From the NCBI GenBank assembly GCA_947467605.1, contig CANIII010000011.1, positions 54,172 to 118,171 of the forward strand: a stretch of DNA of 64,000 nucleotides, in the 5' to 3' direction. This document shows, in pieces, positions 44,811-53,760 of the stretch (position 1 is the stretch's first letter; every line of letters starts with the position of its first letter). Below the pieces are notes generated by a model that worked only from the letters and a program-made list of their open reading frames with translations, ran no database searches and was not told the DNA's origin. Position numbers and translations under genes: made by a program. This DNA comes from Acidobacteriota bacterium (lineage in GTDB: Bacteria > Acidobacteriota > Vicinamibacteria > Vicinamibacterales > SCN-69-37).

Positions 44811-46748
44811 CTATTTCAACACCGCGGCCAGCTGCCGCGCCATCCGGTCATTCGGGTCGATGGCCAGCGCCGCGGCCAGATGCTGGCGCGCCTCCGGCAG
44901 CCGGCCGAGCTTGGCTTCGCAGTAGGCCAGATGGGAGAGCGATCCGGCATTCTGCGGGTCAATCGCGACGGCGGCCGCCAGCTCTCGCGACGCCTCGTCA
45001 AAGCGGTTGAGCACGAGGAGGTTCAGCCCATACTGCTGGCGGGCATCGGCCTTCTGCGGATCCATCTCCACCGCGTGGCGAAAGTACGACTCCGCCGCGT
45101 CGGCCGTCGTCAACTCGGCAGTGAGGCGGCCGGTCGTCAGCCAATCGTCTTGCGAAGATCTGCTGCCAAGGCTCTTCGTCAAGTGCGCCAGCGCGCGCTC
45201 CGGTTGCTGCGCTTGCAGATACTGCCGGGCCACGCTCGCGTGCACTGTGCCCTTGAGCGGCGTGGCGGCCTCGAGTCGATCGACCCAGCCTTCCGTCTCA
45301 TCGAACCGGCCGATGAGCACGAGCTGATGCGCCATGCGCACGCCCTCGGCAAATCGACCGTCGTTTGCGGAGGTGCGTGTATTGACGAGCACGCCGATGA
45401 CGACGGCGACGACGACGGGTACAGCGAGCGCGCGGAGTTGGCGCGACGTGACGTGTTGAATGAGCGCGTCGATGGCTCCGCCCGCGCCGACCACCAGCGG
45501 TACGAGCAGTGGTAGACGATAGCGTTCGCTCATGAAGAACAGCGCCACGGCGGCCGCGTAGCAGGGGACGAATGCCGCCCACACGAGAAAGTCGCGGCGC
45601 CCGCGACGCGGCGCGAAGAAGACGAGGCCAACGAGACCGAGTGGCACGAGGAGCCAGGGACCGATGACGTAGAAGCGCAGCCAGGTCGGCACGTCGTACT
45701 GATAGAAGGGGTAGCTGTAGGGAAGCGCGATGTGCTGCGCGTGAAACACGAGCCCGAACTTCCTGACCATCAGCAAGAGCGCATCGCCCGGATGCGCCGC
45801 CATCCAGCTCACCGAGAGATTCACGAAGTAGTCGGACGCCTGCGCGTCGGTGACCGCATGTCCGAGTGCGCGCTCGGCGACGCGGCGCGTGTCTTCCTGC
45901 TGGCCTTTGATGCTGGGCGTAATGCCGGGCACGATCTGGTAAAACCCGTCGGCGCCCTCGTGGTTGCCGATGTAGAAATTCAGACCGCCATGTGACGACA
46001 GCAGCGAAAACTGGTGCGACACCACGATGTTGCGCGCGACGGCGGGCGAGAGGCCCAACAACATGCCGGCCGTCAGCATCAATGCCGGTCGCCATCGTCG
46101 CCGTGCCAGCATCACGACCACGAGGCCGGCCGCCGCGATCGCGATGTTCGGCCGATTCATCGTCTGAATCCCGAAGATGAGGCCGGTGGCGAGCATCCAG
46201 CGCTGATCGTGCCGTTTGAGTGCGAGGGTCAGGCACAACAGGGCGGAAGCGGTGAGAAAGACGTCGAGCGACGTCTGGAGGATCAAGGCCTCATAGAACG
46301 TGAAGAGGCCGGTGAAGGCGGCGAGTATCCCGGCGATCCACGCGGCGCGTCGGCCGAACCACTCGCGGGTGGTCCAAACGATAGCGGCGATGCCGACGGT
46401 GCCGAGGACGGCCTGAATCAGGCGAACGGCCGTGTAGGACCCGGTCAGGCCCCGGCATGCGGCCAGCACATATATATATAAAGGAGAGACGTAGTACAAA
46501 CCGGGTCCCAGACCCCAGTCCCCTCCAATAACCCGTTCGGCCAATTCCGCGTAGGCGGTTGTGTCCAGGCCGGCCCCGGTCTGGACGAGGGGGTGGTGCC
46601 TCAGTTGGAAGATAACGACAATTTTTTGGATGAGGCAAAATCCAAAAAAACAGACGAGTAACAGTATTGGAACTGTACCTTGACGCTCCTGGGACCCGGC
46701 AGTAACATCCGATACCCCTGCGCTAACTGCGGCTGATTTTTTTGGCAT
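44811..46748 (-). CDS. GT-C-fold (GT39/ArnT/PMT-like) polytopic membrane protein with a C-terminal TPR array
   Basis: A 645-aa ORF. The first ~430 aa contain at least 10 TM segments (YYVSPLYIYVLAACRG...). The last ~200 aa are TPR repeats (AESYFRHAVEMDPQKADARQQYGLNLL...). Confidence 0.75.
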   Translation of the reverse strand: MPKKSAAVSAGVSDVTAGSQERQGTVPILLLVCFFGFCLIQKIVVIFQLRHHPLVQTGAGLDTTAYAELAERVIGGDWGLGPGLYYVSPLYIYVLAACRGLTGSYTAVRLIQAVLGTVGIAAIVWTTREWFGRRAAWIAGILAAFTGLFTFYEALILQTSLDVFLTASALLCLTLALKRHDQRWMLATGLIFGIQTMNRPNIAIAAAGLVVVMLARRRWRPALMLTAGMLLGLSPAVARNIVVSHQFSLLSSHGGLNFYIGNHEGADGFYQIVPGITPSIKGQQEDTRRVAERALGHAVTDAQASDYFVNLSVSWMAAHPGDALLLMVRKFGLVFHAQHIALPYSYPFYQYDVPTWLRFYVIGPWLLVPLGLVGLVFFAPRRGRRDFLVWAAFVPCYAAAVALFFMSERYRLPLLVPLVVGAGGAIDALIQHVTSRQLRALAVPVVVAVVIGVLVNTRTSANDGRFAEGVRMAHQLVLIGRFDETEGWVDRLEAATPLKGTVHASVARQYLQAQQPERALAHLTKSLGSRSSQDDWLTTGRLTAELTTADAAESYFRHAVEMDPQKADARQQYGLNLLVLNRFDEASRELAAAVAIDPQNAGSLSHLAYCEAKLGRLPEARQHLAAALAIDPNDRMARQLAAVLK

Positions 46749-46819
46749 CCGTTGGTAGCTAAGTCCGGCTCTATCGTGGTTCGCAGTACGTAGACAGTCA
46801 AGTCTAGGAGGAAGTAAAG

Positions 46820-49800
46820 ATGATTCGAGGCGTGCGAGGGTTCCTGCTGGTTGCAGGCATTCTTTTGTTGTCTGCCGTGTCGGCCAACGCTCAGGCGATT
46901 GGTACGATCTTCGGCAAGGTTACCGACTCGACCGGCGGTGTGATGCCGGGCGTAACGGTTACGGTTGCGGGAACCGGGTTGCAGCAGCCCCTGGTCGCCG
47001 TAACGGGCTCAACGGGTACCTACCAGTTCGGCAACGTGCCGATCGGCACCTACAGCGTGGCGTTCGAACTGGAAGGCTTCAAGAAGGCCCTCCGCAACGT
47101 CATCATCACGTCGGGCTTCCAGGCCGGTATCGACCAGAAGCTGGAAGTCGGTAACCGCTCGGAAGAAGTGCTGGTCTCGGCGGCGCCGCCGGTCGTTGAC
47201 ACGAAGAAGACGACGACGGGTCAGACGTTCGACAAGGCCATTCTCGAGAACATCCCGTCGGCTCGCGATCCGTGGCAGATCATCAACATGACGCCTGGCG
47301 TTCAGGCCGGTCTCAACGTTGGTGGTTCGTCGTCTGGTCAGCAGGTGGGTCTCGCGTCGCGCGGCACGTCCGCGAACGTGCAGTGGAACCTCGAAGGCGG
47401 TTCGGTGACGGACCTGTCGTCGAACTCCTCGCCGTCCTACTTCAACTTCGATTCGTTTGAGCAGATTCAGGTGGTGAACGGCGGCGGCGACGTCTCCGTG
47501 CAGAGCTCGGGTCTGGCGATCAACCTCGTGACCAAGAGCGGTTCGAACGTGTTCAAGGGCACGGCCGTCTCGACGTTTGAAAACGACGCGATGCAGCAGA
47601 ACAACGTCACGCGCGAACTCTTCAACGCCGGCTCGAATGGTTTCATCTCGGGCGCGCCGCTGCAGAAGATCTGGGTCTACTCCGGTGAGTACGGTGGTCC
47701 GATCAAGAAGAACCGCCTCTGGTTCTGGGCCGCGGCTGACAAGCAGGACATCAACGCCGGCGTGTTGAACTTCTTCGACGGCACGAAGGGCGATCTGTGC
47801 GCCACGCTCCTCGCCGCGCAGAAGGCCGGCACGCTCGCGGGCACGGTCACCTACGACCAGCTCGACAGCGTGGTGAAGTGCTTGAACAACGACAAGACGG
47901 TCATCAAGGACTTGCAGTGGAAGTTCAACTATCAGATGAACTCGTCCAACAAGTTCCAGTACCTGTTCCAGTCGGACAACAAGTACCGCAACCGTCGCGG
48001 CGCCACGGCGAACACGGCCGTCGAAGCGACCACGCAGCAGACGTCGGATGAACCGAAGGGCATTGGCTACTGGGGTCTTCCGCTGCCGACGCACTCGCTG
48101 ACGCACACGTTGATCGCCACGGACCGCCTGGTGTTCAACTCGATGTTCACCTACGTGCACGGTGGTTTCTACCTCGACTACCAGGACGTTCCGCCGCAGG
48201 GTTCCTGCGCGCAGACCAAGTACCTCGGCTCGACCAACCCGGCCGACTACGCGCGCGACGCTTCCTGCTTGTGGATGATCCAGTCGCGCACGAACCGCAC
48301 GACGGCGTTCTCGGATCGTTCGCTCGCCGGCAACTACAACACGACGCGTCACTCGTGGGAAGCCAAGACGGACGGCACCTACTTCCTGACCAACACGCTC
48401 GGCGGCGACCACTCGCTGAAGTTCGGTGTCGGCTGGCGGCGTAACCCGATCCAGACGTTCTCGCACTACTCCGGTGGCGCGCGCGCCACAGTGCAGTGTG
48501 TCGGCAACAACTCCTCGCTCTGCGGTGGCGGCGTGATCGCGTCGGCTGGCGCGACGGCGGGCCTCGTGCCGTATCAGGCGGTGCTGTATCGCGACCAGCT
48601 CCAGAACAACGACTGGTGGACCTACAACGGTTACATCCAGGACTCATACAGCCGTGGCAAGTTCCGCGTGAACGCGGGCGTTCGCTACGACTGGCAGACG
48701 TCCAAGTGGCTCGGTGGTTGCGTGGCAGCCAACGTGCTCCGTCCGGATGCGCTCCCGTCACAGTGTGAAAATGCAACGGACACCGATGTCTCCACGGGCA
48801 AGAAGATTCAGGCGTTCTCGAACTGGGCGCCCCGTCTCTCGGTGACCTACGACATCTTCGGCAACGGCAAGACGTCGGTGCACGTGAGCGGTTCCTACTA
48901 CTACGCGACGAAGATCACGCTGGCGAACTCGCTCGGCGGTCTCTTCGCGCAGACCACGCTGACCTGGGGCCCGAACCAGTCGAGCGGTGCCTGCAGCACC
49001 ACCGCTGGTGCTCCGTGCTGGAACGACGCCAACAAAGACAGCGTCATCCAGATCGGTGAGCTGATCGGCACGCCGACGGCATCGAACACGCGTTTCAACA
49101 CGACCACGGGCGTTTTGGCCCCGGCCGGCAACATCGTTGATGCGGATGCCAAGATCGGCCGTACGCGTGAATTGGTGGCAGGTGTGCAGCACGAACTGAT
49201 CGCGAACCTCGCGGTCGGTGTCGACTACATCTACCGCAAGTACGATCGCGGCACGGCGACCTACTCGGTTGGCTACCAGCCGGGCTCGGGCAACAATCTG
49301 GCGTCGCTCTACAACCCGGCGGTACAGACGTGGACGGACCCGACCACGGGTCTGACGGCGCCGTACTACATCACCTGCACGGGGTGCGTTCGCCCGTCGG
49401 GCCTCGGCAGCACCACGGTGACCAACACGGCCTACCAGGTGTACAACGGTGTGGACTTCACGCTGAACAAGCGCTTCTCGAGCAAGTGGCAGGCGCAGAT
49501 CGCCGTGACGATTCAGAACAACCCGAGCTACCTGCCGGATTACACGTTCACCAACCCGACGGGTATCAACTTCGCGGATGGCAAGACCACGAACGCCCGT
49601 TACCTGATCAAGGCCAACGGCGCGTATCAGCTGCCCTGGGACATCATGCTGGCGGCGAACCTGAACATCAACGACGGCGGCACGCGCGTCCTCTCGATCA
49701 CGGGGCCGGGCTCGGTCTACGGCGGCGTCACCACCACAGGCGCGGCGTCCACGATTTCCTACGGCACGCTGGCGTTCGAAGACCAGGGCACCACCCGCTT

Positions 49801-50017
49801 CAAGCCCACGCAGTTGCTCGACCTGAGCGTGCAGAAGGTGATCCAGTTCCGCGGTGGCAAGAACCGTCTCAAGCTCATGTTGGATGGGTTCAACATGTTC
49901 AACGCCAACACGATCTTGGGCTACACCAGCAACAACCGCAGCTCGACGTCGTTCACGTCACCGAGCTCGATTGTTCCGCCGCGCGTGTTCCGTATCGGTG
50001 GCAGCATTTCGTTCTAA
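46820..50017 (+). CDS. TonB-dependent-receptor-like outer-membrane protein with an N-terminal CarboxypepD_reg domain
   Basis: A 1065-aa ORF with a strong RBS (TAGGAGGAAG) and a signal peptide ending ANAQA. The N-terminal domain reads GKVTDSTGGVMPGVTVTVAG...TGTYQFGNVPIGTYSV. It has a plug-like region, a long beta-barrel composition and a C-terminal ...FRIGGSISF ending in Phe. Confidence 0.85.
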   Translation: MIRGVRGFLLVAGILLLSAVSANAQAIGTIFGKVTDSTGGVMPGVTVTVAGTGLQQPLVAVTGSTGTYQFGNVPIGTYSVAFELEGFKKALRNVIITSGFQAGIDQKLEVGNRSEEVLVSAAPPVVDTKKTTTGQTFDKAILENIPSARDPWQIINMTPGVQAGLNVGGSSSGQQVGLASRGTSANVQWNLEGGSVTDLSSNSSPSYFNFDSFEQIQVVNGGGDVSVQSSGLAINLVTKSGSNVFKGTAVSTFENDAMQQNNVTRELFNAGSNGFISGAPLQKIWVYSGEYGGPIKKNRLWFWAAADKQDINAGVLNFFDGTKGDLCATLLAAQKAGTLAGTVTYDQLDSVVKCLNNDKTVIKDLQWKFNYQMNSSNKFQYLFQSDNKYRNRRGATANTAVEATTQQTSDEPKGIGYWGLPLPTHSLTHTLIATDRLVFNSMFTYVHGGFYLDYQDVPPQGSCAQTKYLGSTNPADYARDASCLWMIQSRTNRTTAFSDRSLAGNYNTTRHSWEAKTDGTYFLTNTLGGDHSLKFGVGWRRNPIQTFSHYSGGARATVQCVGNNSSLCGGGVIASAGATAGLVPYQAVLYRDQLQNNDWWTYNGYIQDSYSRGKFRVNAGVRYDWQTSKWLGGCVAANVLRPDALPSQCENATDTDVSTGKKIQAFSNWAPRLSVTYDIFGNGKTSVHVSGSYYYATKITLANSLGGLFAQTTLTWGPNQSSGACSTTAGAPCWNDANKDSVIQIGELIGTPTASNTRFNTTTGVLAPAGNIVDADAKIGRTRELVAGVQHELIANLAVGVDYIYRKYDRGTATYSVGYQPGSGNNLASLYNPAVQTWTDPTTGLTAPYYITCTGCVRPSGLGSTTVTNTAYQVYNGVDFTLNKRFSSKWQAQIAVTIQNNPSYLPDYTFTNPTGINFADGKTTNARYLIKANGAYQLPWDIMLAANLNINDGGTRVLSITGPGSVYGGVTTTGAASTISYGTLAFEDQGTTRFKPTQLLDLSVQKVIQFRGGKNRLKLMLDGFNMFNANTILGYTSNNRSSTSFTSPSSIVPPRVFRIGGSISF

Positions 50018-50018
50018 G

Positions 50019-50086
50019 TCCACTTCATCACCGGAGGAGCTTCTCCTCCGGTGAGTCAGACCAGACGGCTCCGGAGCAATCCGGAG
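50019..50086 (+). terminator. Double hairpin; the second is a canonical rho-independent terminator
   Basis: Hairpin 1 is CACCGGAGGAG-CTT-CTCCTCCGGTG (50019-50043). Hairpin 2 is CGGCTCCGGA-GCAA-TCCGGAGCCG (50056-50079), followed by TTTTTTT (50080-50086). Confidence 0.8.
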
Positions 50087-50140
50087 CCGTTTTTTTGTAC
50101 TCGGTTCGCTTCCCTCCGTGGATGATAGACACCCACGCAC

Positions 50141-51961
50141 ATGACCACCGCGCGCGCGAAGACGCTGACGCCCTTGTGGCTATTTCTCGGGTTCCTGCTG
50201 GTGACCCTCGTCATCTACGCGCCCGCCTGGCACGGCGGCATGCTGTGGGATGACGATGCGCACCTGACGCGCACGGATCTGCGGCCGCTGACCGGTCTGT
50301 GGCGGATCTGGTTTGAGGTGGGCGCGACGCAGCAGTACTACCCGGTGGCGCATTCGGCGTTCTGGGTCATGCATGCGCTCTGGGGCGACGCCACGCTCGG
50401 CTACCACCTCGTGAATATCGCGTTGCATGCCGCATCAGCCGGGCTGCTGGTGGCGTTGCTGCGCCGACTGCAGGTGCCAGGGGCGGTGCTGGCAGGACTG
50501 ATCTTCGCCGTGCACCCGGTCCACGTCGAGTCGGTGGCGTGGATGACCGAACTGAAGAACACGCTGTCGGGCGTGTTGTACCTCGGCGCCGCGCTCGTAT
50601 ATTTGCGGTTTGATGTCGAACGGCGTTCGCGGCTGTATGTGGTCGCGCTGGCGCTCTTCGTGCTCGCGCTCTTGACCAAGAGCGTCACCGCGTCATTGCC
50701 GGCCGCACTGCTCGTGGTCTTCTGGTGGCAACGCGGCCGTCTGCGCTGGCAGCGCGACGTGACACCACTGTTGCCATTCTTTGCGACGGGCATCGCCGCG
50801 GGTTTCTTCACCGCGTTTGTTGAACGCACGCAGATTGGTGCCGAGGGCGCGGCGTTTCAAATGTCGCTTCTGGAGCGCGTCGTGATCGCCGGTCATGCGA
50901 TCTGGTTCTACATTGCCAAACTCGTGTGGCCCGCCGAGCTGATCTTCGTGTATCCGCGGTGGACGGTCAGCGCGGCGCCGATGGATCTGTTGTACCCGGC
51001 CGCGGCCCTGGCGCTCGTCGCCGGGCTGTGGGCGATCCGCGGCCGCTCACGCGCGCCGCTGGCGGCATTCCTGCTTTTCGCCGGCACGCTCGTGCCCGCG
51101 CTCGGCTTCGTGAACGTCTATCCGTTCATCTACTCATTTGTCGCCGACCACTTCCAGTACCTCGCCAGCATTGGTCTGATTACCCTCGCAGCGGCCGGTT
51201 GGACGGTTCTGTCGCGCCGCTGGATGGCGGAGAACTACTCCCTGGTCGCCGCCGCGCTCGTCGTCTGTGTCCCTTTGGCGGGGCTCTCATTCCGCCAGAG
51301 TCGCCAGTATGCGGACGCCGAGACGCTGTATCGCACCACGCTCGCGCACAATTCCGCCGCCTGGATGGCGCACATCAACCTCGGCTATGTGTACCTCGGT
51401 CAGCAGCGGCCGGAGCTGGCGATCTCGGAGACGCGTGAGGCGCTGCGGATCAAACCCGACCTGCCGCAGGCCCAGAACAATCTCGGAACGGCGCTGCTCG
51501 ATCTCGGCCGCGTCGATGAGGCCACCACCGCGTTTAGCGAGGCGCATCGGCTCAAACCTTCCGATGCAGAAGTGACCCGCAATCTCGCGGTGGCTCTCCA
51601 ACGTGGCGGCGATGCGCTTCAGGATCGCGGCGATGTGGCGGGGGCGATTCAGCGTTACACCGAATCGATCGCGCTCAATCCGAACAACCCGGAGGCGCAT
51701 CACAACCTCGGGAGTGCGCTGGCACGCGCGGGTCAGTGGACCGAGGCGATCACAGAATACGTGGAGACATTGCGTCTCAATCCCAGATCCGTGCGCGCGT
51801 TGCGAAACATTGCGCGCGCCTACAACTCGCGCGGAATCGACCTGGCCGAAGCGCGTGATTTCACCGGTGCCGTCAAAGATTTCGCCGAGGCCGCGCGGCT
51901 TGACCCGGACCTGGTGGACGCACGCGCCAACCTCGCGCGCGCGCAAGCGATGATCAAGTAG
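50141..51961 (+). CDS. TMTC/PMT-like GT-C-fold membrane protein with a C-terminal TPR array
   Basis: A 606-aa ORF. The first-loop acidic motif is GGMLWDDDAHL. It continues with YYPVAHSAFW...GYHLVNIALHA. There are about 11 TM segments, then TPR repeats (AWMAHINLGYVYLGQQRPELAISETREALRIKPD...). Confidence 0.75.
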   Translation: MTTARAKTLTPLWLFLGFLLVTLVIYAPAWHGGMLWDDDAHLTRTDLRPLTGLWRIWFEVGATQQYYPVAHSAFWVMHALWGDATLGYHLVNIALHAASAGLLVALLRRLQVPGAVLAGLIFAVHPVHVESVAWMTELKNTLSGVLYLGAALVYLRFDVERRSRLYVVALALFVLALLTKSVTASLPAALLVVFWWQRGRLRWQRDVTPLLPFFATGIAAGFFTAFVERTQIGAEGAAFQMSLLERVVIAGHAIWFYIAKLVWPAELIFVYPRWTVSAAPMDLLYPAAALALVAGLWAIRGRSRAPLAAFLLFAGTLVPALGFVNVYPFIYSFVADHFQYLASIGLITLAAAGWTVLSRRWMAENYSLVAAALVVCVPLAGLSFRQSRQYADAETLYRTTLAHNSAAWMAHINLGYVYLGQQRPELAISETREALRIKPDLPQAQNNLGTALLDLGRVDEATTAFSEAHRLKPSDAEVTRNLAVALQRGGDALQDRGDVAGAIQRYTESIALNPNNPEAHHNLGSALARAGQWTEAITEYVETLRLNPRSVRALRNIARAYNSRGIDLAEARDFTGAVKDFAEAARLDPDLVDARANLARAQAMIK

Positions 51962-51962
51962 A

Positions 51963-53756
51963 TCAGCGCGCCCTGAGCTGCTTGAGCGCTTCACGTGCCG
52001 GGCCATTGCTCGGGTCAATGGCCAACGCGCGTTCGAACGCCGTGCGGGCCTCAGGTAGGCGATCCGTCATGGCCAACGCGAGGCCAAGCTTCGACCACAC
52101 CGTGATGCTGCCAGGATTGGCCGCAAGGTACGCCTGGTAGTGGGGCACGGCGTCCGTAAAATTCTTCTGAGCCGTGAGCGCCTCTCCGATCAGGCCGTGG
52201 GCTTCAGCGTGGTTGGGGTCAAGCACAAGCACGCGCTTGAGGTGCTCGATCGCTTCCGGCATTTGACCCGTCGAGCCGTACGCCTTGGCAATCATCAGTC
52301 GCGTACGTACCGGCGCCAGCGAGGGTTCTTCGCGGGTGAATCGCTCGAGCTCTGCAATGGCCTCCGCATGCTTGCCCGCGCCGAGGAGTGCCTCGCCGAG
52401 GAAGTAGCGCGCCGGCGGATACGCCTTCACCGCGGCCTGCAGGTGGGGCACGGCTTCTTCATGCCGGCCCGCGACGACCAGCTCCGTGCCCACCATCTGC
52501 TCGGCATTGGCCGTCGGCCATCGCTCGAGCACGGTGCGCGCCATGCCGAGCGACGTGGCGTACTCGGCGTTGCGCGCAAAGGTCGTGGCGCCGAACGCCA
52601 CCGTGGCAATGGCGACCACGGCGGCCGGCCATGCACTCCACGTCTCGTCGCGATGAAAGGGCGCCGTGCGTCTGGCGAGTGCCGCCAGACCCACCACGCC
52701 GAGCGTGAGCACGCCGACGAGTGGCAGATACATCCGTCGCTCGGCGCCGACTTCCGTCGCGATCGGCAACAGACTTGACGTCGGTCCCAGGAACAGAAAC
52801 ACCCAGACGGCCGCGACGCCGATGGGCCGCCACTTCGCGAGCGCCACGATCGACAGCGTGACGAGTGCGGCGACCACGATGAACGGGAGCCAGACATCGC
52901 TGAAGTGCAGCGCGCGTGGCCAGCCGTAGTAGAGCACCAGGTCGCTCGGCCACAGTGCGAGTCGCAGGTAGCGCAGGATCATCGCCGGCTGATTCAGGAG
53001 ATACGTCCACGGGCTCACGTGCGCTGTTGCGAAACCTGCACTCAGCGTCTGCCCGCGCGTGGCCAGCATCACGGCCGGCACGATCCATGTCGCAGACAGC
53101 GCGGCATAGAGCGGCCAGCGTGTGCGCCACAGCGCTCGGAAGGACACGACATCGCTGGCTGCCCAGTCGTACAGCACAACCGCGACCGGTGCCATCGCCA
53201 TCGTCTCTTTGCAGAGCATGCCCAGCGAACACACGACGACGGCCGCGACGCGCCATTGGCGCGCGACGCAGTAGAGCGTGAGCAGCAGGCACAGCGCCAT
53301 CATCGACTCGGTGCGTTGTGTAAGGTAGTTCACCACTTCACTGTTGAGCGGGTGCACCGTCCAGAGCAGTGCGACCGCGAAGGCCAGTCCCTGCGGTGCC
53401 ACCCGGCGGATGAGTGCGTATATCAGGCACGTGCAGCCCACATGGAATGCGAGATTGACGAGGTGGTAGCCCCATACGTCGAGACCGCCGAGTGCGTAGT
53501 TGATGGCGAACGAGAGCTGAACGAGGGGGCGGCCAGCGAGGGCCGTATCAGCCGGCGGGAGCAGCACCTGCCCGAGGTGCGTGAGCTGGCGGATCTCAGT
53601 GTTGCGGACGATGGTGCCGAGGTCGTCGAAGAGGAAGACGCCGGAGAAGCTGTTCCAGTACACCGCGAGGCCGCCGAGGGCGAGCGCGACGGGCGCCCAC
53701 CACGCGGGGAGCCGAGCAGGCGCCGGCGTGGCCGTTCTGGCGGGCCGACGCTTCAA
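51963..53756 (-). CDS. TMTC/PMT-like GT-C-fold membrane protein with a C-terminal TPR array (paralog of 50141..51961)
   Basis: A 597-aa ORF. It contains GVFLFDDLGTIVRN...GRPLVQLSFAINYALGGLDVWGYHLVNLAFH, multiple TM segments and a TPR tail. It starts 4 nt after the upstream VWA gene's stop. Confidence 0.75.
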   Translation of the reverse strand: MKRRPARTATPAPARLPAWWAPVALALGGLAVYWNSFSGVFLFDDLGTIVRNTEIRQLTHLGQVLLPPADTALAGRPLVQLSFAINYALGGLDVWGYHLVNLAFHVGCTCLIYALIRRVAPQGLAFAVALLWTVHPLNSEVVNYLTQRTESMMALCLLLTLYCVARQWRVAAVVVCSLGMLCKETMAMAPVAVVLYDWAASDVVSFRALWRTRWPLYAALSATWIVPAVMLATRGQTLSAGFATAHVSPWTYLLNQPAMILRYLRLALWPSDLVLYYGWPRALHFSDVWLPFIVVAALVTLSIVALAKWRPIGVAAVWVFLFLGPTSSLLPIATEVGAERRMYLPLVGVLTLGVVGLAALARRTAPFHRDETWSAWPAAVVAIATVAFGATTFARNAEYATSLGMARTVLERWPTANAEQMVGTELVVAGRHEEAVPHLQAAVKAYPPARYFLGEALLGAGKHAEAIAELERFTREEPSLAPVRTRLMIAKAYGSTGQMPEAIEHLKRVLVLDPNHAEAHGLIGEALTAQKNFTDAVPHYQAYLAANPGSITVWSKLGLALAMTDRLPEARTAFERALAIDPSNGPAREALKQLRAR

Positions 53757-53760
53757 CGCT

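Noticed and set aside
46470-46480. An (AT)5-type microsatellite, ATATATATATA.
   Set aside because: It lies inside the GT-C gene and encodes the conserved hydrophobic motif LYIYVLA on the minus strand. It is therefore ordinary coding sequence rather than a regulatory or slippage element.
47009-48466. A 485-aa ORF lies antisense to the TonB-type receptor gene.
   Set aside because: This is an Arg/Val-rich artefact. The plus frame has an RBS, a signal peptide, the CarboxypepD_reg domain, a C-terminal Phe and a terminator.
51959-51965. The heptamer TAGATCA at the 50141/51963 convergent junction is identical to the outer terminus of repeat copy C.
   Set aside because: A 7-mer that includes two stop codons could easily arise by chance, and no other part of the repeat is present. 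I note it only as a possible empty-site-like sequence under the convergent-junction finding.
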